Positions 53,201-64,000 of a DNA stretch of 64,000 nucleotides are shown here, in pieces (the first letter of the stretch is position 1; each line of letters opens with the position of its first letter). A program made the position numbers and the translations under genes. The stretch comes from Macrostomum lignano (lineage: Eukaryota), in the NCBI GenBank assembly GCA_002269645.1, contig NIVC01003160.1, forward strand, positions 1 through 64,000. Direction: 5' to 3'. The notes under the pieces are model-generated. The model had not been told where the DNA came from, searched no databases, and saw nothing but the letters and a program-made list of their open reading frames with translations.

Positions 53201-56200
53201 GCTAGTCTTTAGAACAGATTGATAATCTATAGAATGGATTGCTAATCTATAGAATGAATTGCTAATCTGTACATGCCAATCTATAGAATGGATTGCTAAT
53301 CTATAGAATGGATTGCTAATCTATAGAATGGATTGCTAATCTATAGAATGGATTGCTAATCTATAGAATGGATTGCTAGTCTATAGAATGGATTGCTAAT
53401 CTATAGAATGGATTGCTAATCTATAGAATGGATTGCTAATCTATAGAATGGATTGCTAATCTATAGAATAGATTGCTAATCTATAGACTGGATTGCTAAT
53501 CTATAGAATGGATTGCTAATCTATAGAATGGAGGGCTAATCTATAAAATGGATTGCTATTCTATAGACTGGATTGCTAATCTGCAGAACGGATTGCTAAT
53601 CTATAGACTGGATTGCTAATCTATAGACTGGATTGCTAATCTATAGAACGGATTGCTAATCTATAGAATGGATTGCTAATCTATAAAATGGATTGCTAAT
53701 CTATAGACTGGATTGCTAATCTATAGAACGGATTGCTAATCTATAGACTGGATTGCTAATCTATAGAATGGATTGCTAATCTAAAGAATGGATTGCTAAT
53801 CTATAGAATGGATTGCTAGTCTATAGAACAGATTGATAATCTATAGAATGGATTGCTAATATATAAAATGGATTGCTAATCTACAGAATGGATTGCTAAT
53901 CTATAGAATGGATTGCTTATCTATAGAATGGATTGCTAGTCTTTAGAACAGATTGATAATCTATAGAATGGATTGCTAATCTATAGAATGAATTGCTAAT
54001 CTGTACATGCTAATCTATAGAATGGATTGGTAGTCTATAGAATGGATTGCTAATCTATAGAATGGATTGCTAGTCTATAGAATGGATTGCTAATCTATAG
54101 AATGGATTGCTAATCTATAGAATGGATTGCTAATCTATAGAATGGATTGCTAATCTATAGAATGGATTGCTAGTCTATAGAATGGATTGATAATCTATAG
54201 AATGGATTGCTAATATATAAAATGGATTGCTAATCTACAGAATGGATTGCTAGTCTATAGAATGGATTGCTAATCTATAGAATGGATGGCTAGTCTATAG
54301 AACAGATTGATAATCTATAGAATGGATTGCTAATATATAAAATGGATTGCTAATCTACAGAATGGATTGCTAATCTATAGAATGGATTGCTAATCTATAG
54401 AATGGATTGCTAGTCTTTAGAACAGATTGATAATCTATTGAATGGATTGCTAGTCTATAGAATGGATTGATAATCTATAGAATGGATTGCTAGTCTATAG
54501 AATGGATTGCTAGTCTATAGAATGGATTGCTAATCTATAGAATGGATTGATAATCTATAGAATGGATTGCTAATATATAAAATGGATTGCTAATCTACAG
54601 AATGGATTGCTAGTCTATACAATGGATTGCTAATCTATAGAATGAATTGCTAATCTGTACATGCTAATCTATAGAATGGATTGCTAGTCTATAGAATGGA
54701 TTGCTAATCTATAGAATGGATTGCTAGTCTATAGAATGGATTGCTAATCTATAGACTGGATTGCTAATCTATAGAATGGATTGCTAATCTATAGAATGGA
54801 TTGCTAATCTATAGAATGGATTGCTAATCTATAGAATGGATTGCTAGTCTATAGAATGGATTGATAATCTATAGAATGGATTGCTAGTCTATAGAATGGA
54901 TTGCTAGTCTATAGAATGGATTGCTAATCTATAGAATGGATTGCTAATCTATAGAATGGATTGCTAATCTATAGAATGGATTGCTAATCTATAGACTGGA
55001 TTGCTAATCTATAGAATGGATTGCTAATCTATAGAATGGATTGCTAATCTATAGAATGGACTGCTAATCTATAGAATGGACTGCTAATCTATAGAATGGA
55101 TTGCTAATCTATAGAATGGACTGCTAATCTATAGAATGGATTGCTAATCCATAGAATGGATTGCTAATCTATAGACTGGATTGCTAATCTATAGACTGGA
55201 TTGCTAATCTATAGAATGGATTGCTAATCTATAGACTGGATTGCTAATCTATAGAATGGATTGCTAATCTATAGAATGGATTGCTAATCTATAGAATGGA
55301 CTGCTAATCTATAGAATGGACTGCTAATCTATAGAATGGATTGCTAATCTATAGAATGGACTGCTAATCTATAGAATGGATTGCTAATCTATAGACTGGA
55401 TTGCTAATCTATAGAATGGATTGCTAATCTATAGAATGGATTGCTAATCTATAGAATGGACTGCTAATCTATAGAATGGATTGCTAATCTATAGAATGGA
55501 TTGCTAGTCTATAGAACAGATTGATAATCTATAGAATGGATTGCTAATATATAAAATGGATTGCTAATCTACAGAATGGATTGCTAATCTATAGAATGGA
55601 TTGATTATCTATAGAATGGATTGCTAATCTATAGAATGGATTGCTAATCTATAGAATGGATTGCTAGTCTATAGAACAGATCGATAATCTATAGAATGGA
55701 TTGCTAATATATAAAATGGATTGCTAATCTACAGAATGGATTGCTAATCTATAGAATGGATTGCTTATCTATAGAATGGATTGCTAGTCTTTAGAACAGA
55801 TTGATAATCTATAGAATGGATTGCTAATCTATAGAATGGATTGCTAGTCGATCTATAGAATGGATTGCTAATCTATAGAATGGATTGCTAGTCTATAGAA
55901 TGGATTGCTAATCTATAGAATGGATTGCTAATCTATAGAATGGATTGCTAGTCTATAGAATGGATTGATAATCTATAGAATGGATTGCTAATATATAAAA
56001 TGGATTGCTAATCTACAGAATGGATTGCTAGTCTATACAATGGATTGCTAATCTATAGAATGAATTGCTAATCTGTACATGCTAATCTATAGAATGGATT
56101 GCTAGTCGATCTATAGAATGGATTGCTAATCTATAGAATGGATTGCTAGTCTATAGAATGGATTGCTAATCTATAGAATGGATTGCTAATCTATAGAATG

Positions 56201-56640
56201 GATTGCTAGTCTATAGAATGGATTGATAATCTATAGAATGGATTGCTAATATATAAAATGGATTGCTAATCTACAGAATGGATTGCTAGTCTATACAATG
56301 GATTGCTAATCTATAGAATGAATTGCTAATCTGTACATGCTAATCTATAGAATGGATTGCTAGTCTATAGAATGGATTGCTAATCTATAGAATGGATTGC
56401 TAGTCTATAGAATGGATTGCTAATCTATAGAATGGATTGCTAATCTATAGAATGGATTGCTAATCTATAGAATGGATTGCTAATATATAAAATGGATTGC
56501 TAATCTACAGAATGGATTTCTAGTCTATACAACGGATTGCTAATCTATAGAATGAATTGCTAATCTATACATGCTAATCTATAGACTGGATTGATAATCT
56601 ATAGAATAAATTTCTAGTCTATAGACTCGATCGCTAGTGT
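50210..56640. repeat. Satellite array, 20-bp monomer (AATGGATTGCTAATCTATAG), ~320 copies, with higher-order structure
   Basis: Continuous 6.4-kb array with recurrent variant blocks. Confidence 0.98.
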
Positions 56641-57489
56641 ATGGAACATCAAATCTATAGCAACTATAATGACTCCAGTCTCAGTTGTTACTCCTACAGC
56701 CACAACAGAGCCGTCAAACAGTAAATAAGTTGGTTTTGCATCACCGCCTCAACCCGCCATCTCTAAACACAGCATCGCAAAGCTGCACTGCAGACATTGA
56801 GGGACAGAGAGACATGCTGAAACAAAACGAATCAAGCGAAAAGTATCGGGACTTTGTCCTTCGATTCCCACGCTTCTTTTTCCCTCTCTGCCAGAAAGAA
56901 ATTCTGTGGGGGTAATTGTGCAATCATGTTTCCTGGGTAGCAACCCCGACCCCCCTCAGCCTGGCCTAATGGATCATGGCGCCTCACCCTGGACACCGGA
57001 TGGGAGAGGCAGCAACAGGCGCTGCAGACACTGCCACAAAATGCTTTGACAGTTTTCCAAGTCGCTTTCAGCTGATTTCGAGAAACAACATAACTCCTGT
57101 GTTGATGAAATCTGAGAGGAGGGGGCAGCGCAGATGGAAGGGGCTTCTGCTGCTGTTTCAACATTGGCCCCACTATCATTTTTCTAAGGCAGATGCCAAT
57201 GCGGAATAAGAAGAATTTGAATGAGAAAATGCGCAGCTCGGGGGCGCCTCCACTCAGTGGGCCAGGAAGAAAAGTATGGCTTAAAGCGCAGCTACTGATG
57301 GGTTTGCAAAAAAGCAATATAATTCAATTTTTGCATAGCTTTTCAACTGTGCAGTAAGAATTGCTGGGCAGATTCCATTGGGGGCATTTTTTAATGGTAT
57401 GTTTTTTAATGCATGCCATTCCCATTGTTGAGCCGCGTTCCAGTCTTGCAGTAAAATTATCAACCTGATTTCATCTCGTAGCTTGTTTC

Positions 57490-58125
57490 CTCCATCTCTC
57501 CCAGGCTCTCTCCTGCTCCATATACCACACTCTCTTCTCCATCTCCAAGACTCTCTCCTGCCCCATCTCCCAGAGTCTCTCCTGCCCCATCTCCCCGATT
57601 TTCTTCTGCTCCATCTTCCAGACTCTCCCCTGCCCCATCTCCCAGACTCTCTCCTGCTCCATCTCCCAGACTCTCTCCTGCTCCATCTCCAAGACTCTCT
57701 CCTGCTCCATCTCCCAGAGTCTCTCCTGCCCCATCTCCCCGATTTTCTTCTGCTCCATCTCACAGACTCTCTCCTGCCCCATCTCCCAGACTCTCTCCTG
57801 CTCCATCTCCCCTATTCTCACGTGCTCCATCTCCCAGATTATCTTCTCCATTTCCCAGACTCTCTCCTGCTCCATCTCTTAGAGTCTGCTTCATCTCCCA
57901 GACTTTCTCCTGCTCCATCTCCCATACTCTTTTCTCCGTCTCCAAGACTCTCTCCCGCTCCATCTCTCAGACTCTCTCCCGCTCCATCTCCCAGACTCTG
58001 TCCTCAATCTCCCAGACTCTCTCCTGCTCTATTTCTTAGAGTCTCCCCTGCTCCATCTGTCAGACTCTCCTGCTTTATCTCCCCGATTTTCTCCTGCTCC
58101 ATCTCTCAGACTCTCTCCTGCTTCA
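57490..58125. repeat. Minisatellite, 24-bp unit (CTCTCTCCTGCTCCATCTCCCAGA)
   Basis: Visible. Confidence 0.9.
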
Positions 58126-58398
58126 TCTTTCAGTCTACCCAATCGCAAAGAATGAATAAAAAGCTAAAACGCTTTTATTTCTACTTACAAGCTAGCTATT
58201 AGTAGCGCATTACGAGACATATTGCATAATTTAAATTTATAAAATCTGTAAACTTTAAATTTCATAGGTTCAGACAGCCGCTCAAAAATTGCATATAAAA
58301 TCACCGACAAATCCGAAGGCAAGTCGCCTATCTCAAATAATCTCAGTCCAAAATCTCACCTTCTTTCTAACAAACAGTCGAAGCCTCATGCATTTCAG

Positions 58399-58876
58399 CC
58401 GCGCCCGAGGCGGCGGCTCCCGCTCTGTCAGCGATGTTGGCAGCGACAATCGCCAAGAAACTCCGTCGACATCCGCAATGTCGAAAATTCGACAACATCA
58501 GCAAATTCAATTTGGCGGCGGCGGCGGCGCGTCGCGCGACTCCAGCCTGGAGCGTCACGTGACCTTCTCGCCGGCCACGCGCAGCCCCACGGCCGGGCAC
58601 CGACGCCCGCCGCCGTCGCCAGTGCCACCGTCGATGAGTCGTCGATTTGGCGCCGATGACGGCAGCGACGATGACGAGGAAGGAGAAGAAGACGATTATA
58701 GAGCTGATGAAGCCGAGCGTCGGGAAGCTGGGCATCTTCATCCGGCCAGCTTGCTGCAGTTCCCCGGTCGCTCGCTGGTCATCCCGTGCCCGCTGCCGCG
58801 GTCCTGCCCGGCGACGCCGCTGCGTCGTTCGCGCGAGTCGACGGCGGCATCGAAGCAGCCGAGATCAACGCCGGAG
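58399..58876 (+). CDS. Disordered, low-complexity internal exon of the peroxiredoxin-like gene (RARGGGSRS...HVTF...DDDEEGEEDD...PRSTPE)
   Basis: Acceptor catttcag|58399 (phase 2), donor gag|gtgaga (phase 0), 478 nt, very GC-rich, open frame. Confidence 0.7.
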
Positions 58877-58889
58877 GTGAGAGATTCGA

Positions 58890-59390
58890 TTGCGGTGTGA
58901 GACCTCAGAGAGTGAGACTCTGAGAATAGATTCCAAAAATGGATGCTCACTTTAGTGAGACTTTGCAAATTCAATCTAAAAGTGAAAATCCCTGAATGAG
59001 GCTTTCAGCAGAGTAAGATTCCTAGGATTGAGACTTTCGTAGTGAGATTTTCATAGCGATTTTATCAGGATGAGATTTTAAGAGTGAGATTTTCATAGCG
59101 ATTTTCTCAGGGTGAGATTTTAAGAGTGAGATTTTCATAGCGATTTTCTCAGGATGAGATTTTAAGAGTGAGATTTTCATAGCGATTTTCTCAGGGTGAG
59201 ATTTTAAAAGTGAGATTTTCAGAGTGAGATTCCGGCAGTGAGATTCCTCAACTGCCACTACCAGAGTGAGATTCCCAGAGTGAGATTTCCAGAGTGAGAT
59301 TCCCAGAGTGAGATTCCCAGAGTGAGATTCCCAGAGTGAGATTCCCAGAGTGAGATTCCCAGAGTGAGATTCCCGGAGTGAGATTCCAGC
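58890..59390 (+). repeat. GAGTGAGATTCCCA-type array (left arm of an inverted pair)
   Basis: Visible; starts right after the donor at 58877. Confidence 0.85.
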
Positions 59391-59884
59391 CACCCTGAGA
59401 CAGATTTCATCCGATGAGTTTCAGGGTATAGGAATCTTTGACTTACAAAAGTCTTGACATTGCGTGTCACAGGTAATTAAATATTTTTCTAGATTTTTAA
59501 TAATTAATGCAAATATTGATTTCATCTGGCAATCCTCGTAACCCAATGACTTCCGTGGACAGAACCTTCCCATAGATTCCCATGGAGCTTCCCCAAGCTA
59601 ATCTCCTTCTCGTCTCCAGTAGCACGTGGGCTTCGTCTTCTGATGTTTCATGAGATGGGGAAAACGCAAACTAATCTTCATCAGTCAGTCACGCTGAATT
59701 GGGTGAGGCTGAATTGGGATTCTGTTGTTTTAAAAGGTGAGATTGGGAGCAAATGACAAATTCAAGCTTTCTGAGGTCTAATCTGAGGGACACGGAAACT
59801 CTGTACGGATTCGAAATCTCCCTCCTTAAATTGAATTTTTTAGAATGTCAGTTCAGGAGTCTCAATCTAGCAATTTCAGCCGGA

Positions 59885-60535
59885 GAACCTCACTCTGAAT
59901 CTCACTCTGGGAATCTCACCCTAGGAATCTCACCATGAAAATCTCACTCTGGGAATCTCACCCTAAGAATCTCACCATGAAAATCTCACTCTGGGAATCT
60001 CACTCTGGGAATCTCACTCTGGGAATCTCACTCTGGAAATTTCATCCTGGGAATCTCACTCTGGTAAGAGACTCCCAGTCTGGGAATCTCACTGGGAATC
60101 TCACTCTGGGAATCTCACTCTGGGAAAATCACTCTGGGAAAATCACTCCGGGAATCTCATCTCACTCTGGGAATCTCAGTCTGGGAATCTCACTCTGGGA
60201 TCTCACTCTGGAAATCTCACTCTGGAAATGTCACTCTGGAAATCTCACTCTGGGAATCTCACTCTGGGAATCTCACTCTGGTAAGAGACTCCCAGTCTGG
60301 GAATCTCACTCTGGGAATCTCACTCTGGGAATCTCACTCTGGAAATCTCACTCTGGAAATCTCACTCTGGGAATCTCACTCTGGGTATCTCATTCTGGCA
60401 ATCTCACTCTGGGAATCTCACTCTGGGATCTCAGTCTGTGAATCTCACTCTATGAATCACAATTTGGGTATTTCACGACGGTAATCACACCCTGTGAATT
60501 AAACTCTGAAAACTCACTCTGGGAATCTCACTCTA
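59885..60535 (-). repeat. TGGGAATCTCACTC-type array (right arm, reverse complement of the left arm)
   Basis: Visible. Confidence 0.88.
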
Positions 60536-60949
60536 AGTTTAAGTACATCAGCTAGCAAAGTTTCTCCGGCACTGGTGTACTAATTGTGCAAGTTTTAACA
60601 ACATGCAATGGCCTCCGTTAAAATGGGAGCAGATGTGAGCCCCTGTGACAGTCGCAGTCTCCCTATCCATTGATGTTTTTGTGGGAAACACGACTAAAAA
60701 CCTGGATGGACGGGGGCCGACTTCCCGTGTTGAAAAGCATTGTCGAAGTTTCTTTTTAATTAAAAAAAATTCAGCGTATACCTTACCTGCATGAGGATTA
60801 GGGCTGAAGCAATAATGCCTACTTATAATACAGTTATTGTCAGGATGAGGGCATTGTTAACTCTCTGTAGTGCTCAGTCTCGGGGGTGAGAGGCATGTAA
60901 TGGACACATGAAGGGTATGAGAGTCACGGAAGAGTGGAGTGGAGGGTTG

Positions 60950-61750
60950 CAGACATCAGAATCTCATATGAGAGTCACGGGAGAGTCGGGATGACGATGC
61001 AGACATCAGATCAAAATCTCATATGAGAGTCACGGTGGTGCAATCAAAATCTCATATGAGAGTCACGGTGGTGCAATCAAAATCTCATATGAGAGTCACG
61101 GTGGTGCAATCAAAATCTCATATGAGAGTCACGGTGGTGCAATCGAAATCTCATATGAGAGTCACGGTGGTGCAATCAAAATCTCATATGAGAGTCACGG
61201 TGGTGCAATCAAAATCTCATATGAGAGTCACGGTGGTGCAATCAAAATCTCATATGAGAGTCACGGTGGTGCAATCAAAATCTCATATGAGAGTCACGGT
61301 GGTGCAATCGAAATCTCATATGAGAGTCACGGTGGTGCAATCAAAATCTCATATGAGAGTCACGGTAATGCAATCAAAATCTCATATGAGAGTCACGGGT
61401 AGAGGCATCAAAATCTCATATGAGAGTCACGGGGAGAGGCATCAGAATCTCATATGAGAGTCAAGAGTAGAGGCATCAGAATCTCATATGAGAGTCACGG
61501 GGAGAGGCATCAGAATCTCATATGAGAGTCAAGAGTAGAGGCATCAGAATCTCATATGAGAGTCAAGAGTAGAGGCATCAGAATCTCATTTGAGAGTCAC
61601 GGGTAGAGGCATCAAAATCTCATATGAGAGTCACGGTGGTGCAATCAAAATCTCATATGAAAGTCACGTGTAGAGGCATCAGAATCTCATACGAGAGTCA
61701 CGGGTGGAGGCATCAAAATCTCATATGAGAGTCACGGGTGGAGGCATCAA
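60950..61750. repeat. Minisatellite, 33-bp unit (CAAAATCTCATATGAGAGTCACGGTGGTGCAAT), roughly 20 copies
   Basis: Visible; contains a 12-bp palindrome. Confidence 0.94.
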
Positions 61751-62139
61751 AATCTCATACGAGAGGCACCGAGAATCTTAGCAATAATTCGAATAAAAAA
61801 CAAACAAAAGCCTTTTTGTACTTTCAGGTTGCCAGATTATCCGTTGTCTTCGGGCACTTTGGCTCATTAAAGGCCGTCAATTGATAATTAATGCTAATTT
61901 TTCATCTCAGATTCCTCCTCTTCGATGAGGATGTGTCAGGATATTTTTAGATAAAAACTTCGCAAATTAAGTGATTTATGTAAAACTCATAAATCAACTG
62001 AATACGTGATCTGGAATCCTGCTATTGAAATCAGATGGTTAGATTAGTGAAATTTTATACCATAAGTAGCGAAGAAAGAAATTGGATTATTTCATAATTG
62101 AGTGCGACAAAACCATGAATAAATCGCTGAGGAGATAGG

Positions 62140-62735
62140 AGGGTGAGAGAGTAGGAAGAGAAGGAGGAAGGCTTGAAATGAAGGTGGGAAAAGAGAGAAT
62201 GAGGGAGGGAGGGAGAGGGAGACACGGAGAGAAGGAGAGAGTGAGAGAGAGGGAGAGAGGGAGAGAGGGAGAGAGGGAGAGAGGGAGAGAGAGGGAGAGA
62301 GAGAGAGAGAGGAGGGCGCCTCCAATCTCGGGCACTGACACGGTAGAAAGTCAGAAAGGACTGAAAAAAGTCAATTTAAATTGAGTAGCCGATATTTCGA
62401 AATTAAATTTCTTCGTCAGAGCTGTAAGAGAAGGAGAGAGTGAGAGAGAGGGAGAGAGGGAGAGAGGGAGAGAGGGAGAGAGGGAGAGAGGGAGAGAGGG
62501 AGAGAGGGAGAGAGGGAGAGAGGGAGACACGGAGAGAGGAAGAGAGAGAGGGTGAGAAGGAAAGATGGAGAGAGGGAGAGAGGGAGAGAGGGAGAGAGGG
62601 AGAGAGAGAGGGTGAGAAGGAGAGAGGGAGAGAGGGAGAGAGAGGGAGACAGGGAGGGAGGGAGAGAGGGAGATAGGTAGAAAGGGAGAGGGAGAGAGGG
62701 AGACGGGGAGACAGGGAGACAGGGAGAGATGGGAG
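62140..62735. repeat. Two (GAGAGAGG)n tracts
   Basis: 62140-62315 and 62430-62735. Confidence 0.9.
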
Positions 62736-62779
62736 AACTCCTACAGCAATAGCTGTTCATCATTATCACCATTTCACAG

Positions 62780-63310
62780 CAGGATCAGCTGAAGAGGACC
62801 GTCAGCAGTTCGGCTGGGATCCCCAGACCGGGTGAAATTTTCCCGAGCATCGCGGCTCCGGCTCGACTGCCACAGGATGGGGCCGAGGTCGATCACCTGC
62901 TCCTGACTGACTGCTTCGATTCCCAGCATCCATTGCTGCTTTTTATCTTGCCGCCATCGAAGCGGACCCAGCGCGATCATCTAGCAAACTCGGTGTTGCA
63001 AACTTTCTCCAATCGAGTTGACGAATTTACCAACTGTCGCTTGATTGGTCGACTCTGTAGTCATGGTGACACCGAGGAACTCGGTGCGGTAGCTTTTCCA
63101 ATACTGGTGGACCTGTCGGGTCGTGTTGATGGAGCCTGCGGACTCGGTGATAACTCGACTGTCTGTGGAATTTTCGCTCTGAGCTGCGTGGATTTTGGAG
63201 GCGACAAGCGGGCGATTCTGCAGTGGTCAGCGCTGTTTGCCGCTGTTGATGGAGCTCCGAAACAGCCTGATGGATGGGTGGAGCTTGCGCTGAAGATGCT
63301 TTCTGGATGA
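62780..63310 (+). CDS. Terminal exon encoding a divergent peroxiredoxin (AhpC/TSA)-like domain lacking the catalytic residues
   Basis: Acceptor atttcacag|cag (NAGNAG), phase 0, 176 aa to TGA. By eye: GEIFPSIAAPARLPQDG ~ GHPAPNFKATAVMPDG; LLLTD..PLLLFILP ~ ISLSD..YVVFFFYP; TFSNRVDEFTNCRLIG ~ AFSDRAEEFKKLNCQVIG; LGAVAFPILVD ~ LGPMNIPLVSD. Confidence 0.7.
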   Translation, partial: QDQLKRTVSSSAGIPRPGEIFPSIAAPARLPQDGAEVDHLLLTDCFDSQHPLLLFILPPSKRTQRDHLANSVLQTFSNRVDEFTNCRLIGRLCSHGDTEELGAVAFPILVDLSGRVDGACGLGDNSTVCGIFALSCVDFGGDKRAILQWSALFAAVDGAPKQPDGWVELALKMLSG

Positions 63311-64000
63311 CAGCACAGCGAATTCGAAAAAGGTACAAATCGACTTTTGAGTTTTTGACGTCTTACAACTGAAGTTTGTGTCTTCAGTGGAATGTTATTA
63401 CGAACTAATTTTTGTCTGCAGATTTAAATCTTTGTGTCCGTCCAATAGAAGTACTGTGTCTCTGCAAATTGGGGTCGGAGACGTCGTTTTTTGAAGCTTC
63501 GCGCCTAAGACCTTTTGGTTCGATTTCGTGCTTGTTCGAAAATTGAGCTTGGGGGGGGTTTCTGCAATTTACACCCATGACGGTCAGCACCCAAGCCACA
63601 GAGAGTAGGTACATGTCCGACGATTAGACAGTTAGGGTGTATGAGTGCCCTCCTGCGTATTTTTAATTTATTCTGTGTGCTGGTTTCTCGTCTTAAAATA
63701 AATCGATAGTTAAACAGTTCGATTTCTTTTCCAGGGTGAACTGGGCTGCTCACACCAAGAAGAAACAAACCAAGGATTCACAGCTAGTGAAACCACTGCC
63801 TATACCGATCAGTCCCAGACAATACCTATTGTACGTACTTGAATAAACGTTAAATTATCGAAGAGAGCTTATGAATTACACAATACATTTTCCTAGATGT
63901 GTTAGTCATGCGAGTAACTGAAGTCATTCCATTTTCATAAATTTTTCAAGTAGTTAGTCGGATTTAGAAAATATCAAGTAAGCAAAATGTGCATCAGCTT

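Noticed and set aside
58367-58741. Minus-strand ORF with a hydrophobic TM-like stretch (FISSIIVFFSFLVIVAAVIG)
   Set aside because: It is the antisense shadow of the acidic DDDEEGEEDD tract in the + strand exon, which has good splice sites.

Overview
Eukaryotic (invertebrate animal) genomic DNA, not prokaryotic. Short GC-rich exons with GT-AG introns sit in a very dense set of mini- and microsatellites (about 45 arrays, roughly half the window). The style (polyQ/polyA tracts, repeat-bloated introns) most resembles a Macrostomum-type flatworm; this is inference only. Four genes can be built by hand with consistent splice phases. (1) The last coding exon of a GPI mannosyltransferase 4 (PIGZ/SMP3), + strand, 285-1123, with two frameshifts. 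(2) A 7-exon tandem-C2 synaptotagmin-like gene with no visible transmembrane anchor, + strand, 2983-22291. (3) A complete 8-exon, 7-cadherin-repeat protocadherin, - strand, 39963-28278, 1182 aa, ending in TSSFV. (4) A + strand gene (47429?/58399-63310) whose last exon looks like a peroxiredoxin fold lacking the catalytic residues, fused to a long disordered N-terminus. Most long ORFs in the supplied track are tandem-repeat artefacts. The strongest leads are the putative pseudo-peroxiredoxin, two foldback-like inverted minisatellite pairs, arrays hugging or copying splice sites, AG|GT proto-splice introns in the protocadherin, and a short dispersed motif found four times. All homology calls are by-eye motif recognition; no searches were run, and repeat boundaries are approximate.
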